A stretch of DNA of 63,921 nucleotides, the filler included, from Sluysia triapertura (Eukaryota): NCBI GenBank assembly GCA_046118255.1. It is 5 parts of 5 records of this genome, joined end to end, with 100 filler letters (N's around TTAATTAATTAA, not from the genome) between each part and the next. Parts side by side here need not be neighbours in the genome. Positions count along the whole stretch, not along the records: positions 12,412 to 26,490 come from JBJNIA010006662.1; positions 26,591 to 40,076 come from JBJNIA010037591.1; positions 40,177 to 53,182 come from JBJNIA010065739.1; 2 more parts are not named here. The stretch is one strand, 5' to 3'. The position numbers were made by a program, and so were the translations under genes. This document shows positions 25,331-40,914 of the stretch, piece by piece. Numbering within the stretch: the first letter of the stretch is position 1; every line of letters begins with the position of its first letter. Under the pieces are notes generated by a model. It saw only the letters and a program-made list of their open reading frames with translations. It was not told where the DNA came from and made no database searches.

Positions 25331-26490
25331 CATAAATATTCTGATTTTTTTTACATTTTCAATACTACAGCCTAAAATATATCGAAGAAAACCATTCCTT
25401 TTAACGCAATATTATTTTTAATCTTTCAATTTCACTGTAGTATATTGATGTTACTTAAAATGTTCGGGAAATTAAAATGGAAAATTAACGAATTTAAATA
25501 ATTAGTTACAAATGTCAATCCGTTATAACATTTCTTTAGAAAAGATGATGAACTAAGATTCACAAAATTTATATCTTATATCTCATACTGTTAAATTATT
25601 CAGAACAAATCTATTTTTAAATAAAACTTATGTATATTCTTTGGCTATAATGTTCAAATAATTTTTTTACATTAGTCAGAATTTTTTTGCATCCATTCAA
25701 TATCCATAATTTAAAAAAATTGTTTTAATTTAACACATTATGTTCCAGGCATTTTTCGGCGACATGTGACAAAATTGCTGTGTGGTGATATATTTATTTG
25801 TAGATTTTTTCTCTTATACTTTTATTAACTTTAGATGTAATTTTAAAAGTTTCTACTGTCATGTATGTAGGAATAGTGACTGCGACCGAACGTCAAAGTC
25901 ATCGATATGTGAAATACATGGCGCGTAAAGTGTAAAGAGTAGTGTTTTGTTAATTTCAATTTTTATCAACGTCAGGTTTAAATCAATGGAATTTTGAGTT
26001 CCTCAGTTTGAAAAAAAACGATTGAAGGATTGTATGGTGATAGAAATAACTTTTAAAACACGGAAATTGATTTTACCGAAATTCCATTAAAAAAGAAAAA
26101 AAATGAAATGAGCAAGTATTGGTAAAATGAAACAAATGATTTATTCATTTATAATAAATAGTCTAACTTATTTCTTTTTAGGTAAATATGTATATTAAAC
26201 ATGTATATTAATTTTATTCTACGTCTTTTAAATAATTGAATATTTTTCATTTAATTTGTTTTTTTAACATTAAATTTACAGGGTTATCATGTATCATTTT
26301 TAAATTTACGATTTCACGTTGAATTAGATTACTAAATCCTTTTTAAATTTCTATTTAATGATTCAAATAAATTTTTTGAACCACTTATATATATATATAT
26401 ATATTAATTACATTTATTAATTTTAGCTTGTAACTAAGATATTAAAGTATAGTGGTTTCATGGATAATGAAATAGAAACTTTATTACAAC

Positions 26491-26590
26491 NNNNNNNNNN
26501 NNNNNNNNNNNNNNNNNNNNNNNNNNNNNNNNNNTTAATTAATTAANNNNNNNNNNNNNNNNNNNNNNNNNNNNNNNNNNNNNNNNNNNN
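26491..26590. other. Artificial contig linker
   Basis: N44-TTAATTAATTAA-N44. Confidence 0.97.
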
Positions 26591-26599
26591 TAAAACACA

Positions 26600-26649
<50 letters not shown>

Positions 26650-27316
26650 TATATTACAGCGCTTCTTTAAATATATATTTGGTCAAAACTGAGTGATATA
26701 GTTTGAGAATTATCGATTTGAAAATTACATTGGTCATGAAAGGGAAATTGTGATATCATTTTGGAAATAAAAAATCTCGAAGAACTTATATTAGAGCTTT
26801 GTTTAAATCACTCTCGAATTATGAAAGTTATTAAAAATCATGTGATCTTTAGAATAAATACATTTTATTTTTAAGCTTATCAAAACATCTGAACCCTTTG
26901 TAAAGTAAAAATTTTTTGAAAAAATTTTAAACAGTTTTTTATTATCAAATTTAATTAAATTTCGTTTCTAATTGCATTGATGTCAAAGAATTTATTAGTT
27001 ATATGATACAGAAAATAATATAATTTAGATATATTTTAATTAAGTGTTACCATTTTTACTTCTTTAACGAAAATAAATTACCACGTGTAATTAGAGTTTA
27101 GAAAAAGTCCTACATATATTATCAAATGTGCACTGTAATTAAAGGAATCAATCTATTTTCTAATATCACGATAATGCTAAATTTACTTTCCAAAAAGTTT
27201 GCCTAACTGATATTTTGAATAAATTATTTACATTTATAAATTGATTACATTGTTTCTCGACTAAATATTGCATTACTACATATTGAATTACGTAAAATTA
27301 TATTTTGTTAATTTAG

Positions 27317-28163
27317 AAATAATGAATATTCTACAATTTTGAAATCCGGATTTTGGTTACGTCAGCCCAATAATGACGTACTGGATAAAGTTCACAATTC
27401 GAAGTTATCCGCTGAAGTTCCTATAATAAATTCTAATAAGTCTCACAGATATTCAGATAGCAAATATGAATGCGAGAAATTAAAAAAGGAACGTATGGTT
27501 GATAGCGATCTTAATGTTGATGGTGATGATGGTGATGATGAGACAACTCTTGAATTAGGAGCACAAAATCCGCCAACTAAACAATCTTCCAAACAAAGAT
27601 CTTCAAGAACACAATCATGCACTCAAAAACCTGTAAAGTCAGAAGAGACTATTCGGCGACATTGTCTTAGTATTTCATTGTGCGTAGTGCAGAAAAAGAA
27701 ATCCACAACACAAAATGAATATTGTCAATATAAACAGCAAGAGGAATTTCGAGAAGATGTTCATTCAGTTCATAGTATTAATTTTTCTCAGGTATCTGCA
27801 TCTTCATTTTCTTTACTATCGTCTACTGCTTCTAATTTTAATCATCAATATAAGATTTATTCTGATTTATCTACCAGTACTATTTCAAATTTACAAATAT
27901 CATGTGTACTAGAACACTGGGAATGTGTCTTGTGCCAGTCGCTAATCAAGCATACAAATATTCTTCTATGCTCTATTATGGAGTACATAGATCCGATTTG
28001 GAGAATTATTTCGACATCTAATGTAACTTTAAAACAAACAAATCATTCAAATGAATCTAATACCTCTGATCTTTCAAAACTACCACTATTTTTATCGGAA
28101 TTTATGCCTAGGATTTATTTTGCAATGAAATCTGCTAATGTGACTATTCAAGTTCCTAATGAT
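27317..28163 (+). CDS. VPS13B: VPS13B-like lipid transport protein, internal exon
   Basis: Open 847-nt exon between an atttag acceptor and a gttcgt donor. It ends MPRIYFAMKSANVTIQVPND in phase 0 and joins the exon at 38642 in frame. It resembles the LPLIY..IRIFIP segment recalled for VPS13B. Confidence 0.7.
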
Positions 28164-29039
28164 GTTCGTGAATTTTTTAACATTATAGTAATAAACACTA
28201 TAATATTATGTTTTATTTTAATATTACTCATATGTACACACAAATAGTAGTAAATATAAACTTAATAAACAATCAAAATATTAAAATAAGTAGTTAATAT
28301 ACGTAAATTGGAAATTATTGTGAATTATTTATTAAGTTTAATTTATGCATTTGTTTAATAATATTTTTATAAATAATATACCTAGAAATTTACCTAAGAT
28401 TTTGTAGACAAAACATAAATATATAATTTGTTTACTTTATACAGAAAAAATAGATTTTAAAATTATAAATGTATGCATTTAGAGATTTTATTTCCTGCTA
28501 CATTTATTGTAACGAAAATTTTATAATCGAATGAAGTATTTTTATAATTAAATAAATCGATTATTTATAGAAAACTACATTATTTATACACACACGCACC
28601 TCACAAAGGTAGCATTTACTTAGATATTGTAAAATATCGGATTTTTATAAAATAAAAATATAATAAAAATTTAAATATTAGATTGAAACAAAAAAAACGT
28701 TTTTATTACTATTTTAAAAATAAATTCAACATTAAAACGACATTAAAAATAAAAATCATCAATTTTTGATAACAATCTAATATATATTTGCTTATTATTC
28801 AGTTCTTTTCGGTAAAATTCGAGGATATCATTTTTAATATTTTCTCGTTTTGTAAATTTGTCACTTTAAGTTAATAGGTTCTTTTATTATTTATCCATTA
28901 AAAATAGTAAAGATAATGATTCGTGTTTTTAGGATTCACATTTACCTTAAGTGTGAACTTTAGCTGAATAAAACTCGAACTATATTAAAAAGAAGTATAA
29001 TAATAATAATGTACAAAATTAAAAAGTTGTGATACTTTA

Positions 29040-29400
29040 TAAAAATTTGTACGTGCTTGAATGAACTCTTAGTCTCTGGTTTTAATCTAAATTTCTTTAA
29101 TAATATTTTCACTTTATATTACTGCTTAAATTTATCTGGAGGTACTATCTTTTATTAATGTAAATTTCATTTATTATCTAATTCTGAAAATAATGTCTAT
29201 ACTTTGTCTATTATGTTTGTTTTATCTGGAAGTGTGAACTTGAATACTTGTCTCAGTTATTCGAGATAGAAGTGCGAAATGCTCGATTAATCGTTAAGTT
29301 TTTATTGCCTAATTCTGTCTCACTTCGTCTTATATATTACAATTAATCCTTTCTTATTTGCTTTAGAAGTATTTATCTTAAGTCTTCCAATTCCTTTAAA
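29040..29400. repeat. Diverged direct repeat (LTR-like), partner at ~35300-35710
   Basis: tttatctg(g/a)a..tgaa..cagttattc...atagaagtgc is shared, and both copies end near ttccaattcc. Confidence 0.5.
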
Positions 29401-30279
29401 ACAAAACTAAACTAAATTATACTGGTTTTATTTGCAATAATAATTGTGTTAACAATAATTTATAAAGCACAATCGTATATTTAAATTTATATTTATGTTA
29501 ATAATTTCTATTTTATTTTAAAGAAAGTTAAAAAATTAATTTAAATGCCCGGATTTAAAATTACCTTGTTAAATCAATTCGACAAAAATCAACTTAAGAA
29601 ACTTGATAAAATTGATCAGGTAAGAAATGTTACTAATTCAATAAAATTGATCAAGTGAAACTGTTATGAATTCAAGTAAATGTCACATGCAAAGTCGATT
29701 CTTGTTAAAAATCTATGTTAAACTTGCTTCTATTTACTGCTCATATTAATTACTAGCGATAAATAATTCAATACAACAAATCACTCTATTTAACTAAATT
29801 CATGTAGCTAAATAATTTATCACTATACAAACAAATAAATCCAATAGTAGTGTTTAGTTAATTACTAGCAATAAATAATTAAATACAAAAATTTTTCTGA
29901 CAATTTAACAAATTAATGTATAACTAAATGTTAATAAATGTATATAGCTAAATAATTTATCACTATACAAGCAAATACATAGCTAAATAATATTACTGAC
30001 TAATCTAAAAGTAGTAATTATAAAATAATGTTATTTTAAATCCGAAATGATATTATTGTGTTTTCAAATTTTTATTAGTTGTTACTTCTTACTAAATTTT
30101 GAATTCATATTAATTCTATATAATTTTATTTTAAATTAATGTAAAAGTACTATAATCTCAGTGATAATGATTTTAATTTTATCTTGAAAATGAATAAAAT
30201 TTCAATAAGTGAAAGTTTTATTTAAATTAAGAATTTAAAAATTTGGAAAATATTTGAAAAATAAATGAATACTATGTTA

Positions 30280-30346
<67 letters not shown>

Positions 30347-33300
30347 CAACGATAAGGCGTTACTCTTATACTGGGTTATGTAAGTATAGTTAATTTGAAT
30401 ACATCATTTATTGATTACAAAAAAAACCAAAATGAAGAAAAAACAATGTGTATAAAGTTCTTGCATATTTAAATTCAACTTTGTGGGAGATGTTATTGAT
30501 TATCCTTATTGATTTACATACTTCACGTTTACTTGAAATGACCTTACTACTAATATTATCCAGCTGACTCTTTGAAGAACAAATTCTAAAATTGTGCATG
30601 GTTGGTTATTAACAAGTAGCATTTATAAGAATCAGTTAATTCAATGCCGTAACTTAACAACATTGCAGTCTTGCACAGAAAAGAACCTCCTTCGAATGTA
30701 GACAAAATTTCACTGATCAAATTCGATTCCATTGCAAGATTTTGGTAAATTAATATAATTACGAAATATGATTCATGAGTCCCCTCGATCTTAGACTTAC
30801 ACATTTAAGGGCTAAGTCATAAGTAGCAATAAGACTAGTTAGAGGAGGTTGATGTAGTCTATAATTGTTGTTTTGGTATTTATTTTGGACTCGTTTATTA
30901 TTGATGTTTTTAGATATGTTAAAATTTTTAAATTAATAATTGATAATTTAAGTAAGATTTTAAAAACGGTAACCTTACTATTTCAATTCTTTGGGTATTT
31001 TACGTTGAAATTTTCGTCCTTGTAAAAATGGCATCCCTTATATCACAATAACAAAAATTTATAATAAAATATATTAAAAATGAAATATACATATACTTGT
31101 AAAAACGTTAGTAAAATCAATATAAATAACATTAAATAACATAAAATTATAAGTAATAATGATTTTATAAGATTGTTATATAAACTGTTACTATCAGAAT
31201 TTAGATTAAATGTTATGACATCCAATTTAAAAGGGACCTATTTTATTTTAACCTAAAGAAAAATAGCCTCACCTTATGTAACAATGTTCTGACGATTAAA
31301 TTTTCCTGTTGAAAAATATAGTCCTTCGAATGTAAAATGCTATACTTTAATTGTGAAATCAATATAATTCTTTGATTGTGAAAACTTCCTTGTTAACTGT
31401 CGAATAAAAAATTTCTTAAACAATTTTGTCTTTGTTAAATTAAATTATGTTGTGAATCTTGAATTGTTGATCTTTAAATAGTTGTTTGAACTGTACTTGA
31501 ATGTGTTGATTTACTAAAATAAAATTTTAAATATTTTCATTTTAAATAAATTTGAATATTTTAATTTTAGTAAATTACTTTTAATACAATAATTATATTA
31601 CAATAATAACATTAATAATACTACACGTTTATTGATTATTAATTTATAGATAAATTAATTATTTATTTATAGAATGTTTTATTAATTTGTTATTGATTTA
31701 TTTATAGAACATATATAAATTATGATTAAACATTTAAATGTTTTTAATTTTCACTGTATAAAAATATTTCACTTCTATCCCTAAGGTCAAGGACTGATTA
31801 GAAATATGATACTGATAAATAAAAGTAATAATTTATTTTGTATTTGTTAATTTTGTAAAAGTCTAATGCAAAAAAAAATTAGATTTAATTGAAAGAAAAT
31901 ATGGACTTTCAGAAACTCTGTAAATTGTTATGTCAGATTGAATGTTTAAACGGTTATAGATTGTGAAACTTATTTATGTAAAATTTGAAAATCTTAAAAT
32001 TTGTTCACCACTATGAAGTTTTTTTCGGATTAAGTTACTTTAATGCTATACTTTTCGAAAATTGAAGCGCGATAGAGTTTATTTTAAAACAAGAAAAAAG
32101 TTAACAAATCCTTCAGTTGTATAATTAGAATATGTTTGCGAAAAATATAAGATCCGGATGACACGGAGAGTTGTCATCGTCATGAATAGATTGATTTGTG
32201 GAATTATTGCTGATTGCTTTAAATTAAATCTTAAGCTTCCTAATTATTTTTTGATTCTTTTCATTATTCAAAAGTAACTTTGTTATGAGATTGTGACTTT
32301 TACTAAAAACATGAATTTCAAAATAAAAAAAACTTCAGATGTACGAGATACATATCATTCATCAAAGTGTATTGATAAAACTTTCCATTTCCAATGATTT
32401 TTTCAGCATTGTCAATATTACTGTCATGGTCATGTTCTTTTTCCAGTGTCGAAATAACTTTCATGCTAGTGATATTTGTACTTTCATTACATGCCTATTC
32501 ATGTAAACTATCCGAGCGACTGTGATATCTGTTTACACTTAAAGTCTCATTTCTGTATGTAATAATTATAAGTAATAATTATATAAGTAATAATTAAATC
32601 TAAAATGATTCATAATGACAATAATGAAGACAACGAGTGTGATGTTGATAAACTACAATCAGTATTGAAACAATTGGTTATTCAAATTTAGTATAATTGA
32701 ATTTGTCGTTCGTAATTTCTTGTTTGTAGATGTAATGAAAAGTGAAAACTGAATTTTTATATGAATTTTTTGTAATCTGCTATTTGTAGGATGTAACTAT
32801 TTAGAATTGACCTTATTTGGTATAGGTGGGACATCACAGTTATTCTTAGTTTTATTTTTATTTTGCTACAACTGCTATAAATTAAGCAATATTTATCACC
32901 GATTGTGTTGGATTCACAGAATATAACAAATATGCGCCCGAAAATTGCAAGTTCATATTTAAAAATAAAAGTTTTAAAGGTCTTAAGTCTATTTCTCATT
33001 TACTTGAAAAATATAGTCTTTAAGCATATCTCCAAGTTTTAATCATCAAATAAAGGCTTTAAGCCTAAATAATCACAAAGCACATTAAGTGCAATATTAA
33101 TGTCTTCCATAAAATCTTCAGAACAAAATTTAATAATGTAAAACTCACACACTACAATCTATATCTAGATCAATCAGTTCAAGAAGGGTCGACAATCCAA
33201 ACACTATAATTTTCTTCAAAATGCATTATTGTTTTATTTGGACACTGTTATATTGTTTGTAATCTACTTTTTTCTGCTCTAGTTCGGTTAATATTGAATA

Positions 33301-35299
33301 CATCACGTAAAACAACACGATACGTTTTGGTTCAGGTATATTATAAAGAAAATTTAATTAAAAATTATTTTTAATAACTATAAAATTCAAAAATTGAATG
33401 GTTTCTCAAATTTGTTCGAAAAATAAATTCTGATACAAAATACTCTTAAAGATTCGATACCTCGAGTATGAACACCTATATTTTATTTATATATACACAA
33501 TCTTTCTTACAAAGTGTACTGATTCAATAAGTTATCCTAAATCACAATATTAATTATTATATAACACTTTACACATCTTCTAAAGCCTTTGATACACATT
33601 TATCATTATTATTTTTATTGATCTGAATTAATTTTAAATAAATACCATTAATTTTTAATTATTTTTATTATTATTTTTTCATTATTATTATAAAATTTTA
33701 ATTTTAATGCTGTTATTATTGAAAAATTTTCTTTTATATATTTTTACTATTTTTAATATAAAAATTTTATTTTTATATTATTTTTATTATAAAAATTTTA
33801 TTACTATAATTATTATTTTTTTATATTATAATTATTACTATATTTTTTACCTTCAAGGTCAGTTTTTTTATTTTACAAAATGAGTAAATATTAAAAAAAA
33901 TAGAATAATGGTTTCTAAAACAAGGCTAGATCGAAGCTAATGAAATAAGTTGCAGATAGATTTTTAAGTATTATTTTAAGAAGTATGGTGATAATTATTA
34001 TTATAATCATTATATTATTATTGTATAATAAAGTATATAATAACTAGTATTGTATTAAAATGAATACTGTTTTGTAACAGCATAAATAAAATAATTTTTT
34101 ATCACTTGACTTTATCAAATCTAAATTCAACATTGTTTCAAAGTTACCTAGAAACTTCAGTTTTTGACATTATAATATAGGTGAATCTTAAATTCGTAAA
34201 ATGTTTATATTGCAAATTATTATTATTTTATTGTCAAATTAAATCATTATTAGCATTATTATTAGCATTTATTATTTATTAATTGTTTTAATTTTAATTT
34301 TATTTTACTTTGATATAAGAAAATTTTAAAAAAATGTTTAATATTTTGCCGCATATACAAAAAATTCCAAAAGACCTGGAATGCAATTATATTAATAAAA
34401 TGATGGAAATCAAAAAACCAATTCGAAAAGCTCTTTGTGTTTCAGTCTTGCCGAGATGTTGATCCAGAGCTTGCTTGTCAAAAATCTCAATTCGAAATAC
34501 ATTCAAAGCTGGTAAAGTTATAAATGTACTGATTGCAAAAGAATTACTGGTTATGATTTTACTGAACAGACTTGTTTTGAACATTTTAATATTGTAAACA
34601 ATTTTATTAGTATAACTTTTGTAATCTAATTTTATTTCTGTTTTTGGTTTAACTTTTATTTGGTTTTTTATTTGTGACGTTTTATAAAATTACTTTAATC
34701 ATATTCTTTAGAATTGTCAAAATTATTCTGAAGGTTAAAGTCTCTATTCATATCTGATGTAAAAAATGGAAGTGTAATTAATTTTAAGTATTTAAAATTT
34801 AAAATTTTTTCCTTTCTGGACTTCAACGAATTAAAAAATACTTTTTAAAACACAATATAACTATATATAAAAATTCGTTTAATTTAATGCTGATTATAAA
34901 TAGTAATTTTTAAAGTTTTAAATTAGTTTATTTATTAAGTTGAATTTTCTTTTAACTTCCTAATTAATTTCAATATAATTCAATAAATTTAACAATAGTC
35001 TTCAGTTGCTAGAGATCTCCAATTCTTAAATAATTGTTGCAAGTCTTTAATAACTTCAATAAGAACCTGATAATAATTGTGGTAGTATAGTGCAATTTGT
35101 TGGTCCTTTTATACTATTTGTATAAAAATTCCAATAATATTTATTTCAATAATTCTAATTTTAAGAATTCCAATAATTTCGATTATATTATTAATTTGTT
35201 ATTTAATTCTATAGTACAGTATCGATTTACTATTTAATTCTATAGTATACTTAATAATAATTATTTTGTTATTTTGTTAAATTTAAAAGTTATGCGTAT

Positions 35300-35710
35300 A
35301 TAAATGTGTTCAAACGGACTCTATCTCTGATAGAAATTTTATTGAACCTTCAATGCTTTATAACGAATGCATGCTTTATGTAATTAAAGTTTTATCTGGA
35401 AAATGTAAATTAGGATTCGAAAGACTAAATGATTGAGATAAACTTCTTTTACTAATTTATTTTACAAATAATAACTATACTCTGTACTCAATTTACTTTA
35501 TCTGAAGGTATGAATTCAATTACTCGTCCCAGTTATTCTGGATAGAAGTGCTTAACAATTTATCTTTTGAAACATTACAAGTTTTGTTTATTTAAATCTT
35601 TGTTTTACCTTATAAAACTTTCATTTTTCCTTATAGGGTCTATGTTATTTTACACAATATTTTAAATTTTCTCTATTGCTCTATTTCCAATTCCCTCTTT
35701 TTAAAAAGAT
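35300..35710. repeat. Diverged direct repeat (LTR-like), partner at ~29040-29400
   Basis: Same shared motifs as the 29040-29400 copy. Confidence 0.5.
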
Positions 35711-36116
35711 GAATTAAACACCACGCTATTTATTTATTGAAATCAAATTATATATATATATATATATATATATACTATAAATTAACTTATTTATAAATTT
35801 ATTTGAAATTAACCTCCTTTTAAGATTTACAATTAAATTGTTACAGTTGTGGTAAATATTGTTAATTACTATGCGCGTTGTAAGATGTGATACCAAATAT
35901 ATTTCCACTACGTTCTATATGCGTGACCAAATAAGCCCAAATTCAAAATATATTATTGTTTCAGAATCAAATTCAATTTATATTACCAAAATTTAATCAA
36001 TTTCAATTTATGTTAGAGTGTGTTACAATTTATAAAATAATCAACAAAATACAAATTATCTATAAAATTAATTCTAGTTATAACATTCGTAATTATTGTT
36101 ACTATTACTAATATAC

Positions 36117-36173
<57 letters not shown>

Positions 36174-36557
36174 GTCTCTTGTTTACAATAATTACGAATT
36201 ATACATATAATTACAAAGGATCTATAATTATTAATTAGATAGTCACAAAATTCTAGCTATAACATTAATTCTAATTATAACAATCGTAATTACTATTATG
36301 ATTATGATTATGATTATTTTTAATGATTATGATTCAGTTTATAATAATTTTGAATTTATTTTCTATGTTAGTTTTATACAATCTTAATTTAAAATGATTT
36401 TAAACGATTACAATGCTTTTAAATTTTGATTACATATAAATTCTATTTATTCTATCTAATTTATAATTTAAGTTAATTTTGATCGAATATAATGTTATTA
36501 AATTTTTATTACGCACTGAATTTATTAAATCCTAATAATAATAATATTATTATTTTT

Positions 36558-36594
<37 letters not shown>

Positions 36595-38641
36595 GCAAGA
36601 GCAACAACAACTTCATATGTAATTTTTACATATAATTTGTACTTTTTAACTGTTTATTAATTTTTATAATTTATAATTTTAAAATTTATAAATGTAATTT
36701 ATAATTAATTTTAACTAATAATTTAATTTAAATTAGTTTGTAATTCATTTTAAATAATTTAAGTTTAATTTTAAATAATTTATAAAAGTAATTTGTAGCA
36801 TGTTACTAGAGTATTGTTTCAAAAGTTTTGTTGGGCGAAAAGTTACGCGATCTCAAAGCCATCAAAACTTAAGTTGGGTATATTTGAATGAAAATTCGTC
36901 GTGGAACGAAAACTTAAACGTAAAATATTGAACGTCATTTAGAAATAATTTTGAATTTGTTTAGATTAAAGTCAATTTTTATGATTATTTTAAAATCAAT
37001 TTTCAATATTACATTGGGGTTTATGAGATAACTTTTAAATTCTATGTTGTATCTCCACAAACGTACTAAATTACACGTCAAGCGATTCTGAGATTATTGT
37101 AAACTTCTCTTTGAATAAATATTACTTACACTATTTTACTTACGAATTTATTACTATGTTCGCGTCAACAAAGCTAGATAGAATCATTTGAGACGAAATG
37201 TGTCTTGGAACAGCAACAATACCAGTGACGTATTGTGAGTACTGGTATAAATTTTCTAAATGTCTTAAATATATTAAAAATCCATGCTATTCTTGTAGTC
37301 TTAATATGAACATGGATGACGAAATAGTCGTTAAATTAAATTGTGTTAGAATATAAATAAATAATAAATCTTATTCCCGTAAACCTCCTCAAGGACTTTG
37401 TATTTATTTAATGATAACTTTAACCATAATTGTATCATACATCATTATGATAACAAAACAACCAAAATAATTAAGACGATGATGATGATACCTTCCAAAT
37501 AAAATAGTCTCAAGGTTAATTAAAATATTTATGCAATTCAAGCATGTATAATGTTGGGTGAGTTTGTAATTTAAGTTTACCACCATTATTAATTTATTGA
37601 GTTCAGTTATTGTCAAAATATTAAATTAAATAAACCTTCATTTTCAAAGCTTTGTTCACAAAAGAAAGCTAATTTATGAATATAATGGAATGTTTACAAT
37701 GACCATTGTATACGTATATTGAGTGATGTTTATTTAGTGCACAAACGTATGCATGATAGATTATAAATTTTGATAGATTTATAACTCTACTAATTAACGT
37801 TGCATAACTGACTTGCAATTACTACTTAAAACATGTTTGATTTAGCTTTGTATTCATTGGATTCAAATACTGTTCTTTCTTGTGATCATATTGTAACTCC
37901 AACAAATAAGTAATATAAACTTTTTAAAACAAAATGAAGGTTGCTATTATTCAAAGATTTGTAAATAAATGAATAATTTTTGATAGGAATAAATATACCC
38001 AGTGTTAAATTAAAGGGAATGTTAAGTTTCTTTAGTTATGCGTTCTTTTGTCATAATAAAGTTAAATTTTACTTGTTTTTTCTCTTTATTTGTAATGAGG
38101 GCCCGTTCGAAATTATAAATTCGAATAATGATTTAAAATTTAAGCTATATTATTTAAAATAGTTTTGATATTCATCTTCCAAACTGTAATGATGATAAAA
38201 TTATATTTAATATTTCTAAGTACGAAATTACATCCACTTTAAAGTTTTATGCTTTTAAGCTTGAAATGTATTTTGAAAATTTTGATTTTGTTAAGATAAA
38301 CCTGAAACCAGATATTTTATTTCGAGTTTTTATATTAGAAACACTAAATGCCTTTTTGATTAACAAAGAAATTGGCACTAGTTAATTGGTTAAACATTTT
38401 CTAAGAAAAGAGTAATTGGTAATTTGACTGTGAAACTATCAATGGTCACTTCGAGAACTGATTATCAGTCTAGTCAAGCTATAGCCTTTTGAATTTCCAA
38501 ATTTGCTAAATAAGTGTAGAACATTGACTTTGAATCACTCTATGTTATTTGTTTTGTTTTAATTAATGTCTTAAATAAAGTAATTTCAAAATATAATATC
38601 AAAATTAAAGAAAGAAATATATATGAATAATTTTTATTCAG

Positions 38642-38973
38642 ACAAATAAACATTTAATTGTATCTTGTGGTAAAGTAACTTTACAGCCTTTTAGTGATAA
38701 CCCAATTCGTCGACCACCTGTTATATCTAAAGATGAATCACAATCTCCAAGGTCTTCCCCTTCTCAGTTCCTGTATGATTCACGACAATTTCAATTGACT
38801 GTACATGCATTTGGAATACAATTGCTAAAACTTTCCAATAGTAATGGTTATGAAAATTCGAACCACAATGTTCCTTTAATAAATTCCAATAATCAATGTT
38901 CACAATTTACACTACATGGAGGACAAAATCCTGCCTTTGAGTGGAATAATTCCATGGTGTTTAGAAGCTCAAA
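38642..38973 (+). CDS. VPS13B: VPS13B-like protein, internal exon
   Basis: PFSDNPIRR...DSRQFQL...GQNPAFEWN matches the VPS13B motifs ADNPLGR / EDRQYQI / QNPALEWN (recalled, not searched). Acceptor attcag, donor gttagt. Confidence 0.8.
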
Positions 38974-39808
38974 GTTAGTTAAAATATTGATATGTTTCTT
39001 ATTTATATCGAATTAAGAAATTTTGCATTTTAAAGGATTTGAGCTTTTGTGTTTTTATATGGATGTGCCAATCGATTTAATTCTAAATATCCTTTATTTC
39101 GAGAAAATATCAGTTAATTTGTTAGTACATGCCACAAATTTATTCTAATTTTCTTATTAGATTTTAAACCTTATTTATTGACAAAATACAGATCATTGAA
39201 ACAAAAAATTGCCTAATTCTAATATTAATTTCCATAATATTAGTAATTTAATTACTTTTTACCTAATTAAAAAGTCATGAAACGATTTAAATTTGATGAT
39301 GATAGTTTTTAATTGATGTTAAGTTTAGATATTTATGCCACTTTGTAAGACAGTTATCTAACACTAATTATGACAATTGAGCGCCTGATATGATTTATAG
39401 AAGTTAGTAGTGGTTTACACATTTAAATATGAAGATGACTCTGACGCCATTTGAAATTACTTTGTGCCTTATTAAAATCTAGCATCAGACATGTTCGTAA
39501 GTGATGGTAAATCATTATTATGCAACTTTCTATTAATGTTGCAAGAGCAATATCAAACATTTCTTTGTTTAGAGTTCTGATACTTTTAAGAATAGAGTAA
39601 TCTTCTCTAGGGTTTAAACTTCACTATGATATCTACATTTCTTTCTGCGTAATTGACTTTATTTCAACTTTAGGTATCATCATCTTTAAGATTTTTCTGG
39701 TCAAACGATTCAATTATAAAATTATAAGTATTTTTCAAATTCAAAACACCTTTCAATATTTCAATTCAGATTCATTTTGTTGGGTTTAGGGATGCATAAC
39801 TTATAAGA

Positions 39809-39839
<31 letters not shown>

Positions 39840-40076
39840 TAAAACAATAAACATAATATAATAAATGTAATAATTTAAAATTCTAATAATCAAATGTTTC
39901 TCTCAATTTAATTAATAATTAATTAATTAATTAATTAAATAATTAATTAGATTTTTGATACAAATTCTATAAAACGCTAATATCTCTCAATATCTTTAAG
40001 TGAATATCAGTAACTCTTTATCGATTTGCTATTTAATAAGTGTTCGCTTATTTTCTCTGAGTTCGAATACTTGTTC

Positions 40077-40176
40077 NNNNNNNNNNNNNNNNNNNNNNNN
40101 NNNNNNNNNNNNNNNNNNNNTTAATTAATTAANNNNNNNNNNNNNNNNNNNNNNNNNNNNNNNNNNNNNNNNNNNN
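40077..40176. other. Artificial contig linker
   Basis: N44-TTAATTAATTAA-N44. Confidence 0.97.
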
Positions 40177-40435
40177 AATTTAATTATAATTTGTTTAATT
40201 TCATAACTCAATAAAAATGTTTGCTCATTATAAAATGATATTGGATTTAGTGTGTAATATTGAGTTTTATTAGTCTTTTTATGATGAGGTATTGCGAAGC
40301 ACGTCAACGTAGATAACGTAAAAATTTGTTATTTTAATTAATTTTTATAATTTAAAAGTAAATTTAAATATGTTCCGATGTCTAAGTATTAATAAAGTAT
40401 ATATCAAATTGATGTTTATAGAGAGATCAATTCAA

Positions 40436-40620
40436 ATATTATTGAACTTGACGCATAACGTATTAATGCTGAATACTCACTTGGGAAATATATTTATTAT
40501 TTCATTAATTTTATCGTTAAATTAAGTTGACACATTGAGTTATTATTTTAAAAGCAATGTAACAATGATTTTAAATTTTAATTAGGTGATATTAAGAAGT
40601 TAAGGAGATTGTTTGTAACA
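40436..40620 (+). mobile_element. LTR retroelement 3' internal end, copy B
   Basis: ttattgaacttgacgcataacgtatt, then a purine-rich tract aagaagttaaggaga-ttgt. Confidence 0.45.
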
Positions 40621-40914
40621 AATACCATTATCTTTAGATAATTAAACATTAGATAATTAAGGAATCAATTTGTTACGAAGTATATAAGTCTAGTAATCAG
40701 AGTTAACTTCCTATACTTATTTTATTCTAAGAAATCCAACGGCTAGTCTCAACCGGTAAGACTAGACTCGTTGGTGAAGTCACATTCATATATCTTTATT
40801 CTTGAGTAAAATAAAATTAAATCTCTCGTAATGTAAGAAGTGAGTCGTGAAAAAATAGATCGAATAGAGTAGAATAAAAAATCAGAGTTGATTGTTAATC
40901 GAATTGTTATGTTT

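Noticed and set aside
28164-28247. Hydrophobic C-terminal anchor on the 302-aa ORF
   Set aside because: Better explained as read-through into the intron after the donor at 28164.
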